A stretch of DNA of 64,000 nt from a virus (taxonomy: Duplodnaviria; Caudoviricetes), in the IMG/VR virus record IMGVR_UViG_3300030107_007272, positions 2,023-66,022 of that record. One strand, written 5' to 3'. Below, in pieces: positions 58,222 through 64,000 of this stretch. Below the pieces are notes generated by a model. The model saw only the letters and a list, made by a program, of their open reading frames with translations. It was not told the origin of the DNA and ran no database searches. The first letter of the stretch is position 1; the number at the start of each line of letters is the position of its first letter. Position numbers and translations under genes: made by a program.

Positions 58222-60011
58222 TATTCTTCTTCCATTCTTCTAGCATCTCGCTCGTCTTTTTCTTTTTTTAATTCTTTTGAAAGTTTAGTTAATTGTTCAG
58301 GTGTCCATTTATCTGTATCAAACGAACCTACTTTTAAAGCTAATGCCATAAAAGGTGTTTGTCCTAATTCCATAACAGGCGCTGAACCGATACCTCTTGA
58401 CCGACCAGCCATATAAAATAAAGGATACTTCATTTCATTTTCATGTTTAAATAATATCTCACCAGAATCGTAGTTTATTTCTATTTTATCAGCCATAAAT
58501 TCTTCTAAATCTTCCGGCTCTTTACTACCACCCCTTACTTCATCTATTCTCTCAAGCAATACATCTTTAAACTCTGAACCAAATAAATCTGTCAAATTTT
58601 TCTCATCCAATACCGCACCATCGGGTGGAATACCGTACATCGTTATGAAATCATCAACACCACCATCTTTTAATTTTTTATTTAGACCTAAAGTATCTAA
58701 AACATGCATTGATTTTAAAACATGACGATTCATACCTACTTTAGCAGCATCAGAAGCATTCAATACAGAAAAAGCTTTTTGTGTTAAAAAATCATCGGAT
58801 TCTCTAATATATTTTTCTCCCTCTTTATCTTTTATTTGTAAAAGTCGGTGAAAGGCTTTCATATCTTTGCCTCTCATTTTTTTGTTATTGATTTTTTCTA
58901 ACAACTCTTCAGGATTTCTCAAAATGTCAATATATGGTGATAGTTTTACTTTTTTTATCTCTTCATCACTTAAACTGTTTGCCATTTCTAATATATCTTT
59001 AGCTTTATATTTACTAGCTGATTTAACGAATCTTTCTGCTCTATCTTCATTATAATTTTTTATTGACATCGCCTCTGCCAACTCAGCGTGTTCTTCATCA
59101 GGCATTTGTTCTTTTAAGTCTTCTAATAATAATTCAGATTGTTTAGCCCAACCACCATTATTTAAAAATACACTTCCGTCTTGTTTGAGTGATATTCCTA
59201 CATTTTTACCATCTTTAGTTTTAACAAACATATCGGCTGATGTTTCTAACTTTTTATCAACTCCAATCGCTTCTCTTCCTTCAGGTGTATCCCAAGAAAC
59301 ATCTTCAATATCTTCTATACCTATTTTTTGTTCAACCGCACTTAAAGTTGACATGGTAGCACCAACCCACTTTTGATTTAAAAAAGTATCTTTGTCTTTA
59401 GCAATATTTGTCAAAAATTCTTTTATTTCCTCTGGTGATTTACCATCTTTTAACATACGAATACCTGTATGAACAGCTGCTTCACCAGCTCTTGATGTAT
59501 CAGTTCCTAATCCAACTCCCTTACGACCACCAGATTCTGTATCTTTTTCTGCTTGAGTTTCTGTATATTTTAAAGTTTTTTCTACAGTATCATGATCTTT
59601 TGCTAATAAATCTTTTTTAAATCTTGGTTTAATGTCATTGTCATCTTTACTAACCAATCCTTTTTCTACATCACCAAACTCTTGTGGTGTTACATCTTGT
59701 CCACTTGGTTTTTCTTTTTTCTTTTCGTCATCTTTTTTATCTACCTCTTCATAATCACCACCTTCGATAGCATCATCCCTTGATTTTTTGGATTTAAATG
59801 CAACAACATTACCAGTGTCTTTTTTCTTTGCCGTAAATGTCTCCTCTTGTTCTAAAGCTAAAATTACACTATCAATTATATCTTTATCAATACCTTTTCC
59901 AAAACATATTTCTTTTAACAAAACCAAATGATAATCGTTTTTAGGATTAGGTATCCCATTAGGAACAATTTGTCTCCACTCTATAAAAAGTTTATCTAAA
60001 CTAAAAGGCAT
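58221..60011 (-). CDS. large hypothetical protein, possible PD-(D/E)XK-like domain
   Basis: 596 aa, K/E-rich linker; SADMFVK...VGISLKQ. Confidence 0.6.
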   Translation of the reverse strand: MPFSLDKLFIEWRQIVPNGIPNPKNDYHLVLLKEICFGKGIDKDIIDSVILALEQEETFTAKKKDTGNVVAFKSKKSRDDAIEGGDYEEVDKKDDEKKKEKPSGQDVTPQEFGDVEKGLVSKDDNDIKPRFKKDLLAKDHDTVEKTLKYTETQAEKDTESGGRKGVGLGTDTSRAGEAAVHTGIRMLKDGKSPEEIKEFLTNIAKDKDTFLNQKWVGATMSTLSAVEQKIGIEDIEDVSWDTPEGREAIGVDKKLETSADMFVKTKDGKNVGISLKQDGSVFLNNGGWAKQSELLLEDLKEQMPDEEHAELAEAMSIKNYNEDRAERFVKSASKYKAKDILEMANSLSDEEIKKVKLSPYIDILRNPEELLEKINNKKMRGKDMKAFHRLLQIKDKEGEKYIRESDDFLTQKAFSVLNASDAAKVGMNRHVLKSMHVLDTLGLNKKLKDGGVDDFITMYGIPPDGAVLDEKNLTDLFGSEFKDVLLERIDEVRGGSKEPEDLEEFMADKIEINYDSGEILFKHENEMKYPLFYMAGRSRGIGSAPVMELGQTPFMALALKVGSFDTDKWTPEQLTKLSKELKKEKDERDARRMEEE

Positions 60012-61194
60012 AATCTTTTAATGTTCCGTAGGTGTTTCCAACTTTCGTGTGTATAATGAAATCATCTTGTTGTAAGATTTTCTGAATATCATATATTGTT
60101 TCCTTACCATCTTCCTTAGAATAGTCAAACAGAAAGCTGTCGTAGTTGTAATGAACTATGTTTGTTTTCTTTGTTAATAAATATGTGTGTAATTTATTTA
60201 AGATACTAACATTACGCTCAGTTTCATAAGACTGAATGTAGTAGTTAAATAACTTTTGAGCATTTAGGTCACCTAAATTATCTCGTTTCATTGGTCGTTT
60301 ATAAATATGTGATAAAATATGATTCCGAGTCATATATTCGTCATAGAAAACTTTCACTAAGTTTTCAACTCCTCTGAAGAACTCGCTTATTTTAGCAATA
60401 TCTTTTCTTACACCACCATATAAGTTTTTGAATGTAATGTTTTTTGCTTCGTCTTTAGTTACACCGAGGTCTTCTGCTAACTTATCGTATACTGAGTCTT
60501 TACCAAAATCATAGTCAATCAGCTTGGCAATCAACCTTGGATGATATGACTCAAAATCAAATTCTACAAATATATCGTTAAGTGGAGAGAATGCCTTTCT
60601 CATATCAGGTGTTAGAGCAGCAAAGTTCAGATTATGTATTGAGTTGGATGGTCTTGATGTAGTTGTAAAAAAATTATAATTTTGATATATCTTTTTTTTA
60701 TGAATATATTTTAACATATGGTCACCGAATATCTGAGTAAAATCTGTATTCACTCCAATACCATTTAACTCTAATTCACCAAAAGCTGTTTTGAAATCAT
60801 CGTGGAACTTTTTTAGTTTTTTGAAATCAACCATATTGGTATAATGTGGTACATTCTCACACAATTGTTCTATCATCTTGTCTAATGGATAATAATATGT
60901 GAAATCATCTTGGTCGTAAAAGTTATCCCATTGTATGTGGTCGAGTGGTTTATTAGTCATCCAATAATTTAGAATGTCAGCACAATATTGTGGACGACCA
61001 GCAAAATCAACGGCATGACCAGCTTTCCAATCATCAATCAACATACCCTCATTTGCATAGTTTATTTGAACTGATTTATCTTCATAATGGTCAGCATAAA
61101 CTAACTTGCCTTCTATCACATCATACATTAAGACTATGTTATTTAACGGGTGAGATTTTGACCAGTTAGGCTTTGAAGTAACCATTTTAATCAT
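60001..61194 (-). CDS. short family A DNA polymerase-like protein
   Basis: TTTSRPS, motif A FDFESYHPR, motif B KNITFKNLYG, NYYIQS, motif C YNYDSFLFD. Confidence 0.82.
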   Translation of the reverse strand: MIKMVTSKPNWSKSHPLNNIVLMYDVIEGKLVYADHYEDKSVQINYANEGMLIDDWKAGHAVDFAGRPQYCADILNYWMTNKPLDHIQWDNFYDQDDFTYYYPLDKMIEQLCENVPHYTNMVDFKKLKKFHDDFKTAFGELELNGIGVNTDFTQIFGDHMLKYIHKKKIYQNYNFFTTTSRPSNSIHNLNFAALTPDMRKAFSPLNDIFVEFDFESYHPRLIAKLIDYDFGKDSVYDKLAEDLGVTKDEAKNITFKNLYGGVRKDIAKISEFFRGVENLVKVFYDEYMTRNHILSHIYKRPMKRDNLGDLNAQKLFNYYIQSYETERNVSILNKLHTYLLTKKTNIVHYNYDSFLFDYSKEDGKETIYDIQKILQQDDFIIHTKVGNTYGTLKDYAF

Positions 61195-61199
61195 ATGTT

Positions 61200-61228
61200 A
61201 AGTTACATATGAATTTTTGAAATGTCAA
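61200..61228 (-). promoter_or_regulatory. sigma70-like promoter TTGACA-N17-TAACTT (likely leaderless)
   Basis: -10 element ends 5 nt before ATG at 61194; no SD. Confidence 0.65.
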
Positions 61229-61245
61229 GTAATATTTATTTTTTG

Positions 61246-64000
61246 TTATTGCTGTACAACGCCTCCACCACCTTGTAATCCACCACGGTCTCGTCCTCTG
61301 GTTGCTGCTGTTTCTTCATAAACTTCAGGTGTTTCTTTTTTTTGTTGTAATTGTATGACATCATCTAAGGCTTCTTTTCGTAGGGTATATTTTTGAAAAA
61401 GTTCATTAAAAAAATCATCTGTAGACTTTTTTAGATATTTTTTAGGAAATACTAAAGTTGTAAACGCATTCGCATCTTCAAACTCCTCGAATTGAACAGT
61501 TTGAAATTCATCCTCTTTATCTTTTATTTTCCAAAAAATACCATATAGAAAAACAAAACCATCAATAGGATTAGCTATATTTTCTACTATTCCGTCTCTA
61601 ATAACTTTATTAATTTTTTGTTGTTTTGCTTCTGTCTTTAAGTAATCATTTACTGCTGTTACATTTTCATCTCCAAAAATATCTCCAGCTATATTTCTAG
61701 TGTCAGACACTGGATCTTGAATTAAATCGCTGTAAGCAGAGCTCGGACTAAAATTTCCAAAAGTGTTTATTAATTGTGGAAACGCATAAATCTGCGTAAC
61801 AACATCAGCCCTATCTCCTGGTCGTTGAAATAAGGTTGTTGACTCCACTTCAAAATCTTTAAATTTTTCCCAATCAAAATATTCATCACCCAAAATAAAA
61901 TCACTTAATGTCATCAAATAAGCTAAGTATTTTGATATATCATATTTGTTTGTCTTAATGTTGTCACTTTTAAAACCAAACGGCACGAAAAATTTAAATT
62001 TGCTATTCCTTTTCGATGCCTTAATTTTTTTGAAAAAAGATTCATTTTTTGTTGAATCAAATGTCCAAGCCTTAGAATTTATCGTTATTTGTTTTTTAAA
62101 ATCATTACCAGTTTGTTCTGATGCTAATGTTAATTTTTTTGGTTCTAGAAAATTTGGAGGATAATACATCATGTTTTTAAGATGTGTGTTTCCAAAAAAT
62201 GATGATGGAAAAATTTTATTTAATTCATCTTCAGCTGAAGTCCAAGTCATAGTAAGTTGGAACTTATTATAATCATCATTTTTATTATCAGCATTAGCAA
62301 AATATTTTTGACTTGATTTTAACCTCATAACAGTAGTGTAACTCGTTTTCCAATTTGATGTCCCAACAGCGTGGTCAACACCTACGATTTGAAAATAAAC
62401 TCTTTCTTGCCAATGTTTTGGTAAAAAGTTTACAGTAAAATAATCACCTATTGACAAAAAATTATTCCCATATACCTCTAAAGCTAAACTTATCGGTAAA
62501 ACTGGTGATATACTACTGTCATCAGACGATAGGCCAAAATTCTTTATTTTTGCCTTTTGTAAATAATATTCTCTCTCTGTATCAACAGTAAACTGATTTT
62601 TTATGACCACAGGTCTTTGGGCAAAAGTTTTTATTTTGTTTTCTAAAGAACCTGAAATTTGTTTTTGTTCTCGTCTAAAATCATCTCTTTCATCTCTCAA
62701 AATTGTTTTAAATGATTTATATTTTGATATTGAAGTCTTAGCAATAGTGCTATATTGTTCTTTAATTGGAGTAGAGTCATTTCTACTTGTAGAACTTTCT
62801 ATAACTTTTTGTATATCTACATCTAAATTCCTACTTATATCTGGTTTATCACCAATGATCGGTAAATGCCTAACTTGTTGTTTTTTACCTGAGCTTTGTA
62901 ATGCATTTAGTAAATTAAACTTCATCAATTCCAATTCATCAAAAAGTTGTGGTTCTGACAATCCACCTATGGCAATCATACTCGATAATCCTGCTTTTGG
63001 TGTTTCAAATTTTAAATCAACATTTTGTACTACTGAATCACCACTAGTTATGTCGAATATTAAAATATCATCCTTTTTTTCAGGTATGCTTGGTGTTAAA
63101 TTTATATCATAAAAAGTTAAAGAAGTCTCTGACTCTGCATTTTGTAAAAATTTAATGTTTATGATATTACCAGAATCTTGATATATTTTATCAAAAATAA
63201 ATTCTAAGGCATCATTAACATTTGTGCTCCTACTAAATGCTTCAGATATTAGCGGTACTGAAATAAATAACTCTCTTAATGGTATTTTTTCTCTACCTTT
63301 ATTGTGTTCTGTAATTTTATTATTTCCAGGATAACCACCCTCATATAAATCTTGATTTGGTTTATATCTATTAGATGTTTCTCCAACATTCCAAGAATCA
63401 GGATACAAAAAAGAAGTAATTTCGTCTTTTAATGTTGGTGTTGTTTTCATCATATTAAATAAATCGTTATCCCATCTAACATAACTGTTCCTACTGCTGA
63501 ACTTAGGCAAATCAACATTTTTATCGGGTGTGATGTCACCTTCCCAATATGATATAAAATTATTTAAAAATCTATCTTCAAACAAAGCATAAGATATATA
63601 TAATGATTCCTTATTATCTAAATATTTTTCAGAACCAAAATTTTGGTAAAAGACACCACTTTCTGTTGCATATTTAGGTATCAATAAAGATTCATACGAC
63701 TTTTTTGTTGATTCAGCGACATCATTAAAAAAATCTTTTATTAATTTTTTTTTCTGTTCTCGTGGTAAAGGATATTCATTGTTTGTGTCTAATATACTCT
63801 CTATTTCAACATTATAACTAGTAACATTATTTATATAATATCCTAATATTAACTCTTCGATGTGATTATTAAAAATAAATTTTAAATTGTTATCATCACT
63901 AACCTCTTTATCTAAAAGATGATAATTACGAGACACAAATTCTAAAGTACATCTAAAAGATTGATTTTGATCTACTGAAACATCGTATTTCAAGACTTGA
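61246..64000 (-). CDS. large putative virion baseplate-hub/tail protein, 5' end outside the window
   Basis: Frame open to the window edge; ISLALEVYGNNFLSIGDYFTV...FQIVGVDHAV..WKTSY resembles the hub (gpD/gp27-like) C-terminal fold. Confidence 0.55.
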   Translation of the reverse strand, partial: QVLKYDVSVDQNQSFRCTLEFVSRNYHLLDKEVSDDNNLKFIFNNHIEELILGYYINNVTSYNVEIESILDTNNEYPLPREQKKKLIKDFFNDVAESTKKSYESLLIPKYATESGVFYQNFGSEKYLDNKESLYISYALFEDRFLNNFISYWEGDITPDKNVDLPKFSSRNSYVRWDNDLFNMMKTTPTLKDEITSFLYPDSWNVGETSNRYKPNQDLYEGGYPGNNKITEHNKGREKIPLRELFISVPLISEAFSRSTNVNDALEFIFDKIYQDSGNIINIKFLQNAESETSLTFYDINLTPSIPEKKDDILIFDITSGDSVVQNVDLKFETPKAGLSSMIAIGGLSEPQLFDELELMKFNLLNALQSSGKKQQVRHLPIIGDKPDISRNLDVDIQKVIESSTSRNDSTPIKEQYSTIAKTSISKYKSFKTILRDERDDFRREQKQISGSLENKIKTFAQRPVVIKNQFTVDTEREYYLQKAKIKNFGLSSDDSSISPVLPISLALEVYGNNFLSIGDYFTVNFLPKHWQERVYFQIVGVDHAVGTSNWKTSYTTVMRLKSSQKYFANADNKNDDYNKFQLTMTWTSAEDELNKIFPSSFFGNTHLKNMMYYPPNFLEPKKLTLASEQTGNDFKKQITINSKAWTFDSTKNESFFKKIKASKRNSKFKFFVPFGFKSDNIKTNKYDISKYLAYLMTLSDFILGDEYFDWEKFKDFEVESTTLFQRPGDRADVVTQIYAFPQLINTFGNFSPSSAYSDLIQDPVSDTRNIAGDIFGDENVTAVNDYLKTEAKQQKINKVIRDGIVENIANPIDGFVFLYGIFWKIKDKEDEFQTVQFEEFEDANAFTTLVFPKKYLKKSTDDFFNELFQKYTLRKEALDDVIQLQQKKETPEVYEETAATRGRDRGGLQGGGGVVQQ

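Noticed and set aside
959-63112. All plus-strand ORFs and the short nested minus-strand ORFs in the track
   Set aside because: They lie inside or opposite well-supported minus-strand genes, have no motifs, and read as shadow frames
1-64000. Genome-wide stop-codon reassignment (TGA or TAG)
   Set aside because: Genes are full length under code 11, and TGA and TAG end many genes with normal overlaps (e.g. 3295, 34304, 49718, 60001)
1-64000. Bacterial chromosome with an LPS locus
   Set aside because: T4-like clamp, clamp loader, gp32, gp41, PolB and a hub-like gene, single-strand packing, and no ribosomal or housekeeping operons favour a phage

Overview
AT-rich window in which essentially every real gene lies on the minus strand, densely packed. 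It reads as part of a large tailed dsDNA phage with a T4-like replication set. From the right end leftwards (direction of transcription): a partial baseplate-hub-like gene, a short family A polymerase, a thioredoxin-like gene, gp32-like SSB, UvsX/RecA, 5'-3' exonuclease, gp41/DnaB helicase, amino-DNA methyltransferase, monomeric class II (B12) ribonucleotide reductase, peroxiredoxin, a full TonB-dependent receptor, family B polymerase, sliding clamp and clamp loaders, an EcoRV-like endonuclease, Nmad1/DUF1599, ClpP and a PD-(D/E)XK nuclease. Next comes a ~32 kb glycosyltransferase/nucleotide-sugar island (5.3-37 kb) with unusual branched- and deoxy-sugar enzymes, then small genes, peptide deformylase and envelope proteins. 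Highlights: (1) a hidden selenoprotein, where two listed ORFs join through an in-frame TGA to give a W-U-G-P-C thioredoxin motif with a SECIS-like hairpin, fused to TSP3, dockerin and secretion-tail domains; (2) an EcoRV-like nuclease in a sequence where I found no GATATC; (3) a DesII / YerE-like / PanB / B12-radical-SAM sugar pathway; (4) a probable ATT start codon for the DNA polymerase; (5) two candidate RNA pseudoknots, before the TonB receptor and before uvsX. All assignments come from motif recognition by eye; no searches were run. No tRNA, rRNA or CRISPR array was recognised.
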